Under the pieces are notes generated by a model. The model made no database searches, was not told the DNA's origin, and saw only the letters and a program-made list of their open reading frames with translations. Shown here piece after piece: positions 51,181-64,000 of a DNA stretch of 64,000 nt. The first letter of the stretch is position 1. The number at the start of each line of letters is the position of its first letter. Both the position numbers and the translations under genes were made by a program. The stretch is from Paraspadella gotoi (Eukaryota; Animalia; Chaetognatha). The stretch lies in contig CM119271.1 of the NCBI GenBank assembly GCA_051294375.1, forward strand, positions 10,259,225-10,323,224, given 5' to 3'.

Positions 51181-52224
51181 CTAGGGTGGAGTGAAAGTTT
51201 GAAATCTAAATTTAGCAATTATATTTTCATTTTTACCCTCAAATAATGCCTAAATTTGAAATCGGGTTTTTTTTTAGTTCTGATTAAAATTCCTCATAAA
51301 ATGTTGTTAAAAGTAATTAAAATTTTTATCTTCAAGTATAAGAATGTCATTAAGTAGGTCAAAATTGCAATCAATTATAGTTTTAAGCTAAAAATTAAAA
51401 ACTGATATTGTAAATATGGTTTTCAGCGCACGTGACCTTTTTAATAAAATATATTTTAAAAGATAAATTATTATTTATTTTACCAGCTTTTTGCAAGTAA
51501 TTTAAAATTCAAAATTTTAAATTATCATTTTAAGATATTTAGCCCATTATATTCTTTTACTACTTGTATAGAATCTATACTATAGATGATAAATCAAATT
51601 GGATAAAGTTTGACCATTTTCACATCAACTCTCGTACTGCCGCCTGCAGAACGAACGTGCCCGCGACCCAACGAGTTTTCTTGGCGGAAAGGGGCGGAAG
51701 GCTCTGTTGGCGCTAATTGGCGCAAAGGAGACGCGAGGGAATTGGCCTCTGGGTCATTTGGTTGGCGCGTTTGGGCGTGGGGGGGCGTTGTCGTCGAGGC
51801 GTGGGTTTGATTTGGGGGGGAGGGAGTGGGCGTAGAAGAAGAACTGGGCCAAGCGGGAACGAGTTGGATAAGAAGTTTAATATGATTAAGGAAATTAACT
51901 TCTGATTAACTCGAAAGTGAGATTTGAGAGAAACTAGGCAACGTTCGACACGGACTCGCCCGAATTTTTAAAGATTGTTTTTTTTTTTAAATATCATTAA
52001 AAAAAATTAGTTGTTTGTCATTTTGCTGGTAACGTATATGTTTGTATGAATCTGTGTCGTAATTTGAAATGAATAAAAACGACTCATTATTTAAGGTTAT
52101 TTTGAGCTTTTCTTGCTATGGATAAATGAAATCAAATTTAATATTAATAAGTATTTGAAGCACAATATTTAGAAGACTTACGCCTTCATCATAGAATTGA
52201 ATTCTATGGAAAAACAACCTCATC

Positions 52225-52290
52225 TTTGACAGGATTCGAACCCAGATCCCCACGGCTCGTTAAATCAAGCGATTGAGCTCAGTAATGTAA
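52225..52290 (-). mobile_element. tRNA-derived SINE head remnant
   Basis: Minus strand GAGCTCAATCG...GGGTTCGAATCC (A-box-like and B-box); no cloverleaf. Confidence 0.35.
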
Positions 52291-52569
52291 AGTTAAAACC
52301 AAAAGACTAATTCGGCGAAGACGCGTCGAATCTCGAAAAGCAACTGTACCCGCAGTTAGCCCAGATTCGGATGTAAAAACCCCTTTGTAATTTGCCCGCT
52401 CGTTGCTTCGCCTCATCTGCCCGCTCGTTGCTCGCCTTTGCTCGCTCGTTTCTGCGTCCAGAGTTCATCGGACTCTCGCCCCGTCGGCTTTTACTGCATA
52501 ATTCGCGATGTGTAGGTGTACGAAATCGTTGGCCAGTTGGGGATTTGGGGAGAAAAGAGAGAGGGAGTA

Positions 52570-52647
<78 letters not shown>

Positions 52648-53409
52648 GTGGACCGATGAGATATAGGAAAAGATAAGTGGAGATAATCAAGGGAAAGGAA
52701 GGAAAGGAGAAGAGGAGGAAAGAAAGGGAGAAAGGGAGGAGAAAAGGAAAGGAAAAAGAGAAGGAAAGGAAAAGAAAGAGAGGAAGAGGAGGAAAGGAAG
52801 GGAGGAAAGGAAAGAGAGGGGATAAAAAAGAGGGAAGAAGCTGAGGGGATGGATTCTGGATGTTGAAAGGGAGGAAAATAAGATTTTGAGAAGAAGAAGG
52901 AAGAAGAGGAGAAGGAAAGAAAGGAATAGAAGTGAAGAGAAGAAAGAAAAAAAAGAAAAAGAAAATAAAAGAAAAAGAAAAAGAAAAGAAGAGCGAAAGA
53001 GAGGCGAAGCCCATGTGGAAAGAAAACCCAACGCGTCGGCGAGGAAACGAAGGCGTTGGAAGAGCAAAGGCGAAAAACAAGCCACTGTGAGTCGCATCGC
53101 ACACTTTGCACGGCACACTGCTCATAATTGCACACTGACGCTTCATAAAAAAAAAAAATGAAGTCCGTTCGTCGGAGGCGACGAATAAAAAAAAAATAAA
53201 AAAAGGGGGCGGGATTATTTGACGAGGGTCGATCGAAGAAGAGGATCGACGCCGATGGAGAACAACTTGGATTATCTGGAGGATGTGGGTCAAATGGAGG
53301 GCGGGATGGTTGGAGGGCGGGGTGGTGGAGTGTAGGGAAGTGGGCGGAGGCGTCGACGGGCGAAGTCAGTCTCGTGGAAATCGGGTCGCGCGGGTCGAGA
53401 CTCGGCGTT

Positions 53410-54065
53410 TGTCGTCGTCGTCGTCGTCCTCATCAACAATATCCTCGATGTCAGTCTTAATTTCATCATCGTCGACGTCCTCCCTAATTTTTCTCATAAT
53501 TTTGTCGTCGTCGTCGTCGTCTCCATCTTACTTCCGTCAGCTTCATCATTATCGTCATCGTCGTCTCATCATTGTCGTCGCTCTCGTCTTCTTCATCGTT
53601 GTCATCATCGTTATCATCGTCATCGTCGTCATCGTTCTAATCGTTATAATCGTTGTTGTCATCGTTCTCTTCCTCGTCATCATTGTCGTTGTCGTCATAA
53701 TCGTCCTCAACGAAGACGAGGACGATGACAATGACGTCATTGTCATCGTCCTCGTCTTCCTGATTGTCGTTGTCATCGTCCTCCTCCTCGTCATCATAGT
53801 CGTCGTCATTATTGTCGTTGTCATCGTCTTCCTCATCATCGTTGTCGTCTTCCTCATCGTCGTTGTCATTGTCTCCTCCCAGTAAACATTGTCGTCATCA
53901 TCATTGTCGTCATCCTCATCTTCTTCATCATCATCATCGTTGTCACCATCGTTGTCATCATCGTTATCATCGTCCTCGTCATCATCGTTTTAATCATTGA
54001 CATCGTCATCATTGTCGTCGTCGTCTTCCTCATCGTCGTCGACGTCCTCCTCCTCCTCCTCCTCT
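53410..54065. repeat. Degenerate (GTC/ATC)n trinucleotide tract; similar tract 39960-40260
   Basis: TCGTCA/TCGTCG runs; these give the Val/Ile- and Thr/Met-rich pseudo-ORFs. Confidence 0.9.
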
Positions 54066-54777
54066 CTTCATCGGCTCCGAATCAATTTGGTGTCCGAAGG
54101 ATTTTTTTTTTCCTTCGACGAAGAAATATTTTGTGTTTCGGTTCAGGTTTGCGTCAGATTAGCGATCGGATTGCGCTGGAGGGGGTGGAGTGGGGGAGAG
54201 TGAGAGAGGCACGGGGGGAAGAGCATGCGCGGGTCACGGCGTCACTTTTGTGAGACGTTAAAGTCGGTCAATCCATCTGTCGGATCCTTCCGTCAGTGAT
54301 GTATATTTTTTCACGCTGGGAAATTCTTTTCGTGAGTTTTTACCCTAGTATCTGTTGCAGTCAACAAGATTTAAAGCAAGGCCAGATATTATCAATATTT
54401 TATTTTTAAGTATAGTTATTTTTTTTATACCCCTTTTCATATTTCGTTCTCCTCTTTTTATATTTCGTTCTCCTCTTTTTCGCTCTGCTTATTTCTGACC
54501 CCTAAAAACCTCGGGGCGGAACAAGAGGCCTTTTGAGGGGCGAAGCCGGAGGCGAAGAAATTTATGGTGACNNNNNNNNNNNNNNNNNNNNNNNNNNNNN
54601 NNNNNNNNNNNNNNNNNNNNNNNNNNNNNNNNNNNNNNNNNNNNNNNNNNNNNNNNNNNNNNNNNNNNNNNNNNNNNNNNNNNNNNNNNNNNNNNNNNNN
54701 NNNNNNNNNNNNNNNNNNNNNNNNNNNNNNNNNNNNNNNNNNNNNNNNNNNNNNNNNNNNNNNNNNNNNNNNNNNNN

Positions 54778-54813
<36 letters not shown>

Positions 54814-55486
54814 AGACAGAATCTGTTTATGAAGACTCCGTTTCCGTTCATATTTCTTTCGCTTTTTCTCTCTCCCACCCACTTGCATGGTATCAAANNN
54901 NNNNNNNNNNNNNNNNNNNNNNNNNNNNNNNNNNNNNNNNNNNNNNNNNNNNNNNNNNNNNNNNNNNNNNNNNNNNNNNNNNNNNNNNNNNNNNNNNNNN
55001 NNNNNNNNNNNNNNNNNNNNNNNNNNNNNNNNNNNNNNNNNNNNNNNNNNNNNNNNNNNNNNNNNNNNNNNNNNNNNNNNNNNNNNNNNNNNNNNNNNNN
55101 NNNNNNNNNNNNNNNNNNNNNNNNNNNNNNNNNNNNNNNNNNNNNNNNNNNNNNNNNNNNNNNNNNNNNNNNNNNNNNNNNNNNNNNNNNNNNNNNNNNN
55201 NNNNNNNNNNNNNNNNNNNNNNNNNNNNNNNNNNNNNNNNNNNNNNNNNNNNNNNNNNNNNNNNNNNNNNNNNNNNNNNNNNNNNNNNNNNNNNNNNNNN
55301 NNNNNNNNNNNNNNNNCGCCGCGGAGCCGCCGCAACCTCGCTGCAGCTCCGCCTCAGAGCCGCCTCGTTGCCGCGGAGCCGGAAGGCATTCACGCGGCGA
55401 CGTCGATCATCTTTCTCAGACGCGAAGTCTCTTCAGTCTTCGCTCGTCATCTCCGTCGAATCAATTTCAGTGACGTCGCAGCGAAA

Positions 55487-55487
<1 letters not shown>

Positions 55488-55526
<39 letters not shown>

Positions 55527-55552
55527 GGAATTGGGCATGGGAATTGGGCATG
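55488..55552. repeat. (ATGGGC)n hexanucleotide microsatellite
   Basis: About 7 perfect plus degenerate units. Confidence 0.95.
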
Positions 55553-57759
55553 GATATGATAAACGTGATTCGACGAGGCACGGCTGTGATAAGAAAGTGG
55601 GGCGACGACTGAACCCATCGTGGTATTTTAGGGCTCACAACGAAGAAAAAGTATGATAGCTGTATGAGATTTTGAAATGGGCTGGATAAAAATGCGGTTT
55701 CGAGCAAAAAACAGTAGCATTGAAAATGAAAAGAATAAACTTCTTTGAAAATTCGTGTGATATGGTTTCCCAAAAAAAAGGAAGGTTTTCTCCCAGTTGG
55801 TGAAATTGCAGGAAAATCGAACCGTCATTGACCTTGAACCGGCGATTGTACACGGACTTCGAACTGTGATTGAACTGTCATTTTAAGACGTCGATTTGGT
55901 ATTGCACTGAGATTGGTCTGGTAATGAAAGCAGTCATTGCAACGACAATGTAAATCAAATTGCGCTCAAGTTCAGTTTTAGGAATTGAATTAACATTGTC
56001 CCGACATTGACATTAAGATTAAACTGACTTGGAAATAATATTAAACTGGCATTTAACTAGTATTTAACTGGCANNNNNNNNNNNNNNNNNNNNNNNNNNN
56101 NNNNNNNNNNNNNNNNNNNNNNNNNNNNNNNNNNNNNNNNNNNNNNNNNNNNNNNNNNNNNNNNNNNNNNNNNTAAAAATTAACAGCCTATTTATTTAAG
56201 AAAAAAATATTTTACATCCAGAGTCAGAGAAAGGAAGAATTCACATTAGTATTTTCCCATTTTTTGTGCTTTTCACTAGAAAGTGATACAGCATATGATG
56301 TTCCGTTTCTAGAGATTAATAATATTAATTAAGTGTAAAGGAATAAACTGTTTCACAGAATGTGAAAAAGGCTATGTATAGTATACTATAGTATATGTAC
56401 TATGTATATTGTATACTGACTATGTATACGACACGATGAGACGCAGAAGACAACACTACCAATATTTAATAATATCTTTAATAATTATTTTTAATTTTAT
56501 ATCAATAATCTTGGTTCATTTTTCTTTCTTCCGCTCTACTTTCTACAAACACTGGCGCTCGCTCTATCCAACCAACCCTACACAAACTAAACCGATAAAC
56601 GAGAACAAACAAATTACAATCGACTATCAACTGACTGTCATATTGTTTAATGAACCAACCAATCAACCAACCACTTTTTTCCCTTGAAACTGTGAACTAG
56701 CACCCCACTTTATCCAACCCCTCCTCATCTCACCCACCCGACCACCACCAATGCCATCCCTCTCAGCTCCATCAACTAGATTGATGTCTTCTGGGTGGAC
56801 TTCGTCTCAACCTTATTCATTAATTCTCTCGCCGTCGACGTCGTCGTCCTACGCCTCGGCCTTTGATTGGCCGGTTGGCTTCGTCGCATCGACGATTTCA
56901 TTGGTCGACACGTCGGGGCGAGAGGAAAAACTTTAACGGCTTCCGCCAATCGGAGATGAAAACGGGTTTGAGAGTACGACGCAGTGACGTGACGCAGAGG
57001 GGCGAAGAGGGTTTCGATTGGCCGTTGAAGGATATTTTTTAGGGTTTCTTCTGGTTCCATAGTGAGTGGGTGAAGAGGGAAGACAGTGGAGAATTGAGGC
57101 AGGGAGACGAGAGAGATGGTGAATCGTGAAGTTGAAATGAGTTAAATGGAAAAAATTAATATAATAAAAATTAAAAAAATTCTTTATATTAATGTAAATG
57201 CAAGATATATTAATTAATCAAATAATAATATTATAGAAAATAATGTAATTAACGTTGAATAATTATTAATTAATTACCCGTAAATGATCGTGCAGATCCG
57301 ACATTGCATTGCTCAACTGTTCTTATATATGTGTCTGGGGTTTACAATTTTTCTAATAAAAACTGCTACAAATAACGATGGATTTTATTTAAACAAGGTG
57401 CGATATAGTAAGTTAAAAGTTAAACATATCTTTTCATTTTAAGATCTTTGTAATTGCTAATGTTTCTATGAATCAAAATTTTTATTTGATTTCCTTTGCA
57501 TTATGATGCTACTGCAATAAGCAAATTAATTCTATATATAAAAAATTAGTATATAAAGTACTATAATCTAATTTTCATAGCCAGTAAATCATATGAAAAA
57601 AAAATTAATACAAACATACTTAAACAAAAGAACGTTGATTTAAAAACTTTTGATGGGAAGCTATATCTAAATTTAATATTATGTGGACTAATTGTTGATC
57701 ATTTTTTCTTTAACTCGAGAGATTATGGGGACTAAAATCCACCAACCGTTCATCAGCGG

Positions 57760-57830
57760 CATTGGTGCCGGAGCAAGTCATTCGCCTCCCAAACCCAAAG
57801 GTCCGGGGTTCTAGCCGGTGGCCGACTAGC
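57760..57830 (+). mobile_element. tRNA-derived SINE head remnant
   Basis: TCGCCTCCCAAACCCAAAGGTCCGGGGTTCTAGCC resembles the anticodon-variable-T arm with a degenerate B-box. Confidence 0.3.
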
Positions 57831-60800
57831 AGTTAAGAGACGGGGCGCTTAACCGACGTGTAACCATGTTTACAGCCTGATCCGCAACTAGGACTGCTCA
57901 TATTGGAATGGATAATTTTATATTGTTGTTACCAATTTCATAAAATCAGCATCCTTGTATTTTGATCTAGTGCGAGTACATTAGTTATTCCGATCTAATA
58001 CTTGAAAGGAGTGGTCTTTTCATACAATGAAACATCTCTTTGAAATTTTACCATTACCACTTATTAGATAGTCGCTCCGCGCTGTAAAAAAAACTCCGAA
58101 AGAACGAAGCGGTTTCTGGATAATTTTTCCTAGCAATTTTGCACCAGTAGCCAGCTAAATATTACAAAACCATGGATGATTTCGGAAACTGCAGTTTTGG
58201 GCAACCAACGCCGCCGGAACAAAGAAAATCCATAAAGTCTGACAAAAAAATACTGAAATAAACATGACGCTTGGTCTGATTTCTTTTTAAATTTTTAATT
58301 TGCGGTATTACTGTATAAGTAATTTTTTTCTCAAATTTGTTTCATTTTTGTTTCTTACGTTTTGCCCAAACATGCCCTTTAAATTATAAAAATAAAATAG
58401 CTAATGAACTACAATGTCTAGTCATTCGTTGCGACAAGGAAAATCATATGATATCAAGTATCAATACGGAGCCTTGAAATAACTTATTTCTTTGCAATTT
58501 ACCCCTTTATTGATAAAGCCTTGTATTATAATAAAAAATAAAAACAACAATTTTACCATACAGCTACATGCTTGCGTTTATTAAAGATTTTATGCTTTTT
58601 AAATAAAAAAATATCTATATTAATATAGCAGATAGAGGCTCACCCTATCACCAGAACTCTCTCTCCCCCGGGCCTTTCTCTTCCCCCTCTCAACGCTCCT
58701 CTCCCCTCTCGTCCCCTCCTCTTCATCCCCGAGTCACGGATAGAGTCTTAGGAACGGACTTTACCTCCCCTCTCACTTCTCCTCTCGGTCTCGGAGGTCT
58801 GCCGAACCTACCTCTCCCTTCTCCCTTTATGATACCCCTTGTTCTCTTTTGTAGCCCTATTTTAACCAATTACCAATATATTCCTATACCCTTCTTACCT
58901 CTTTTCCTGAGAGAGACTATTTAGAACCTACTTTAGCTAAGATACCCATCTTCCAGTATAGTACATGGGCATTATGCAAAGTTTTAATTTGCACCTGAAA
59001 TGACAAAAATTAAAAATCTGATAATTGCCTTTAGCCGCTATGCTCAGTAGTTTTAAATCAGCCGGAACAAGTAGAACTCCTAAATTCATATTTTAAATCA
59101 TTGTGTTTTAAGTTCCTTCATGAATTTGTTAATTTTTTTTGTTTTCAACAAAATGATTCATTCATTATTCTTAAATTATATAACATTTGACTGGTATAGA
59201 AAATTTGTTATTATCAGGAAACAATAATCAATCTTTTCTCTTTCAGAACTATATTATTATTTTTTTGTAAATACAGCCAAGTGTGCTTATTAATTTCAAA
59301 AGTGTTATACTTTATTGACTAAGATCCGATCCAATTTTTAAAAAATCCGTGGAAATATTGAGAAAAATTATATGGAAAGATGCCCCATAATTATGGCTTT
59401 ATATGATACAGTTGCTCAGGCGTTCTACTTCTTGTTTGTTCAAAAGAATATCAAAGAAAATCAATTTTTTATTACAATGAAGTCACTCGGCAAAGCTAAA
59501 ATTTAAGTGGAACCAAAAGAAGATTAACGAACGCAGATTGTTTTAAAATTGCATGGAAATGACCATTTTTTGTTGATATATTTTTCAACGCGTCGGTCGA
59601 TTGATTTGAAAGTTACATCAAACAATATGACATCATTTCCTATCAGTAAATGTAAAAATTTTAAAATAACATTATAACGACAAGATAATCTAATCTAACT
59701 TCATTGATAGGAAGCCAGTTCACTGGGAGTGAATTAACAAGTCTGTGAGAGAGGCTTGATTGAAAGCTGCAGAAACCGTGTATTGTTATTATCTTGAAGT
59801 TGAGAAGGCTTAAACCACCAAAGCCTGTCCAATATCAGGGACAAATAGCTTATTATTAAATGGATGGATAACTTTTATATGGCTGTACCAATTTCAATAA
59901 ACAATAATTACTGTCCTTCAATATAAATAAAAAATATACATTCTTACAACTTCAATAAAAAAATGTAAATATTTTCTAATCTGTAATCGGTTAGTAGTCA
60001 TTTTGTCTTTTATAAATGTAACATATATATTTTTTGTTCTTGTTTTTCGTTTAATACTATATTTGGTAAAACATATCAAAAAAATATAAGAGCTCATATT
60101 TTTACTACTGGGAATGCACATTATACCGCTTGTAGTTTCACGGGCCCCTGATTTGAGTTATTTTTACTTTTTAGAATTATCCAATAATTTTCTGTTAGTT
60201 TATTAATTCCAACTGAAATAAACAATAATTACATTAGTTTTTTGTCTTTTTTACAATTTTAAAGTACAAATTATGATGATACTTTAATTTTTTTTCTTGA
60301 GCCCTAAAAAACGAGCATATACCTCAAAAAATTATTTTTTTAAATTTTGCTGAAAATGTTATTTCTTTTTTTTTTAAGCATAATTTTAAATTTAAAACAT
60401 TTAATTCAGAATAACTCAAAGAACTTTTGGTTTGTTTTGACAATGTAAAGTTTTATTTATAGTAAACAGTAATACGGACATGATTTACAACTAAAGTCAT
60501 ATTCTTCATCAGGTAAATTTAAAAAAAATGGACATGGTTTGAGAAAATAAACAGGAGAGAGAGTTAATAAGAGAAGGAATTAATTTCTTTTCAAACCATG
60601 TCTCCGCAAAATTATATTGGAATTAATTTCATCATGCGATTCTGGACTTCTATTTATTGACTTTTTATATTTGGTTTTCTTACATTAGTTTACTTTTTAT
60701 ACTCCTTTACTTTTTTGAATTTATACATCTCCGTCGTCTCCATATTCTTGCTATTTGATTTCATGATTGTACTATTTGTTTTTATAGTGATTACTTTATT

Positions 60801-63269
60801 AATTGTAGTAGTATTGATTAACTTCTGTTTGAATTTAGAATTTGCTCTAACATGACTGTCTCTCTGTAGTCACGCCTCCGACCCCGACGATCGCGAATCT
60901 CGTCGAACCAAAATCGAGGCGTCTCTTTTCTTCACTCTCCAACGCCGTATTCGTCTCGCTCACACGACGCCGCTTCCGACGCCGGTTATAACTTTCCGGC
61001 GTTTTCAGTGAATTCCGTCGTATTACCTCCTCGCTATCTTGTTCCATTATTACACGCACCGTCGCCTCTTCTGGACTTGGGGGGCGCGCTCATTCTCCCG
61101 CCTCGACGATCGGGCTCGCCTCCTTGCGCCGCCCCCGACACGACCCGCCTTCCCCAAGACGACTATCATACGAACTACGCTAAAGCTTCGCCGCACCAAC
61201 ATATTTTTACAAAAAGTTCTTATTTTTCTTCTGACAATCCGAATCTGTTATTACAATTTTTTTAAAAATTATTTTACAAATTTATGCAATTAATACAAAA
61301 ATAATACAATTTTTTAACAGCAAATTTCTTACACGGAGCAGCATAAAAATTGACTTAACTCCTATAATCTTTTTATCACTCCACCTTTGTACAAGAGCAG
61401 ATACTTTTTTGTGATAAAACGTTAATTTTTTTAAAGTAATAAATGGTTAAGTTAAGTTATTTTAGTTCTGACAAGTTTGCTATTTTTACTAATGTTACTT
61501 TGATAGCATTTTTGTAAGGAATAATATTTCTCCAATATAAATTTGGATTGAGGTCGCCGTGCCTCTCTGAGGTTGTGAATTGCCCCCACACTTAGTGGCC
61601 CACTGCCCAGTGTTCGTGAGATTTTCCCGTCAGTTGTTTGCTTTCCGGAACTTCAGATCTGGGTAGCGTGTTTAACCAGCCCGTCACTCTTTACAAAGAC
61701 CGTACTGACATCATATACCTTTAATGTTCATGTTCCTTTTTTCTGTCATCTATAAGTAGTCCAACGAGTGGTGTTCTGTTTAGACAGGACAATGAAAAAC
61801 TGAACCATATATGCCCCTTCTAATATTTTAGTTTACATCGTTTTAAACTATATTTACTTTATAATGTATTAGCTGACGGTCGTGAAAACTTTCGAATGGC
61901 CTTAATTGCATCAAACTTCAGACAATAACATTTATCTGATTATTTTGATTTCTCAAGGATACTTTTATTTATATTATTTTACTTATTATTATTATATTAC
62001 ATAGCGCGATAAATAAAATAATAAAATATTTGACTGTTCCTTTCTTCTCTCTTATTTTATTAATCGCGCGCTCGATCTCACTCGATAATAAAAGAACGGC
62101 GTCGACGTTTTAAATAAAAAAACTAGGATCCGAATTCTAAGAGTTTCTAACGGTATCCAGATTCGCGAAAATCTTGAATGGAAAAGTCTTCCGTCAAGGG
62201 GCAAATTTCGAATGTTTTTTAGATTTTTCCTAACGCGTGTCCAATTTTACATGAAACTGATATTTACAATATTCCCGTTATTCTAGTCGGAGGTATAAAA
62301 ATATATTAAAATCATCTGGTGCTGCGGGACATTTTTCCTACTGTTGTACTTGAGCCGAGTTGGCTCTCTCCATCTAGGTAAAACTATATACCTTTTTTGA
62401 ATAGAATGACCAGTGGTTTTAATCATAATTTATCTATTAAAACAACATCACCACAAGCATAGACAATTAGTATGTACTTCTTCTTCGTGGTTTTCCGTCA
62501 AGCCTTTATGGCTTTCTCTCCCGTTTCTGTGAGAAATAGATGAAACTCAATAAGGAAATTGTATTTAATTCCTTTTGTTTTCTTACCCTGGTGTTTTTTC
62601 TTCTCTGCCATTGTGTTCCGATGAATGTATTTATTATACTGTTAAACATTAAAAAAATAAAAAAAAATAAATTAAAAAAAAATAAAAAAGTTAAAAGGTC
62701 TGATAGGCCTTCGAATAAAAGTAAGGAAGTTTCCTAGCATTGTTTTTCTAATTTGTAAATCAAACACCATATGGAAATATTTTTAGTTTTCCTGAATGTA
62801 TGAGAGGAAAAAATCAGGAAAAAGCAACAGCTCGATTTTTACGCCATCACCTTATGGAACCTAAGGAGAATATCAGGACAGAGACGCGTCACGACGAGAC
62901 CAAAATAGCAACGACTCGTAAAAAAAGAGCAAGTTATCTTCGTCGAAGGTGAGTTTTCCTCAGCCAAACCCTCGGAGAGATCACAGCCGCGGTCGTATTC
63001 GACCTCTCGACGGTTGTAAAGGGAATGTTTATGGAGTGAGCCTGTGTAAGGGGATGTCACGACTCACGAGGGCTGTTTGAAGTTTGGATTCATAGAAGCG
63101 AAAAAAGCGCCAATGTTGGTTGCAGGGTTTTTGCTAAATTTTCGGCTACGAACGCTAACAAAACGACATTCTCCAAGAAGCGTACCAATGTCGGGTTTAT
63201 GTTTTTAGCATGGGACTTTCAAACTAGTTTAATACATATATAAATAATAAATAAATAATAACCCTCTCT

Positions 63270-63445
63270 AAATCGGCCGCGTCGTGGTGCGACCGGTTGG
63301 AGGATGTTTCGCCCGGGAAGATTTACGGTTTCGGGTCGGCGGCGGCAGCGGCGGCGACATCGTCACGTGACGCGATCGGGATCCGGAAGAAGGATGACGT
63401 CGAGAGACGAGATCAGTGACGCGACGGGAAAAAATGACGCGAAAC
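63270..63445. promoter_or_regulatory. CpG-rich promoter-like island
   Basis: GTCACGTGAC E-box palindrome, CCGGAAG ETS core, TGACGTC CRE-like and TTTCGCCC E2F-like motifs within 130 bp in AT-rich surroundings. Confidence 0.4.
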
Positions 63446-63797
63446 GAAAATTGAGACAAAACGATTTGTTATTTTATTTTTATCATCGAACGACGAGGCT
63501 TCGATCGTTGGACGGAAAAAGCGAAACTCGTCGTCAATGTCTCTAACTTGCTCTCGCGCTCTCCTTTCTTCGCTCTACCTCTCTCGTTCCTTTCTTCCTC
63601 TACTCTCGCTCTTCCTTCTTCGCTCTACCTCACTTACTCTTCTTTCTCACTTACCTCTCTCGCTCTTCCTCTCTTCGCTCTACCTCTCTGGCTCTACCTT
63701 TCTTTGCTCTCTGGCTATTACTTCTACTCTTCTCTTCTTCCTTGGATCTACCGCTTGCTCGATCTACTTTTTCTCTATTATCTTTTTTCTACTTCTG

Positions 63798-63877
<80 letters not shown>

Positions 63878-64000
63878 GCTATTTCCCCGCCCTGCTTAAA
63901 CTCGCCCTCTAGTCCCCGCCTGTTAATCCCCACCATTCGTCCCTGCGACGTCTAACTCGTGCCAAATCAATACTCTTCTTTCCACGAAAAATAAAAAGAA

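Noticed and set aside
60847-61200. GC-rich ORF MEQDSEEVIRR... as a Cav3 first exon
   Set aside because: No recognisable homology or linkage to downstream exons; cannot be supported without transcripts.
427-63955. The many long Phe/Leu/Ser-, Arg/Glu/Lys- and X-rich ORFs in the track
   Set aside because: They are translations of CT/GA/T microsatellites or run through N gaps; no domain signal.

Overview
AT-rich, microsatellite-dense, gappy animal genomic DNA with many indel errors typical of unpolished long reads. The one securely identified gene is a T-type voltage-gated calcium channel alpha-1 subunit (Cav3 family) on the minus strand. Its domain I exons can be read in order: S1, S2-S3, S4, S5, three turret/pore-helix exons, the selectivity-filter exon (SLEGW) and the IS6/gating-brake exon at 81-221. 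Eight of these exons lie in a ~14.3 kb tandem duplication. Copy A (2930-17280) is frameshift-riddled. Copy B (17270-38986) is clean where sequenced but has gaps, an internal triplicated segment and a ~6 kb extra block. Real duplication versus uncollapsed haplotype cannot be settled from sequence alone. The S1 exon has a minor-spliceosome (U12) AC acceptor with a consensus branch point unusually far upstream, and two candidate U12 donors lie 28-34 kb away. The large intron also holds a Penelope-type minimal hammerhead core, a ~630 bp-arm inverted repeat, dispersed repeats, promoter-like motif clusters and many simple repeats. Almost all long ORFs in the supplied track are microsatellite or N-gap artefacts.
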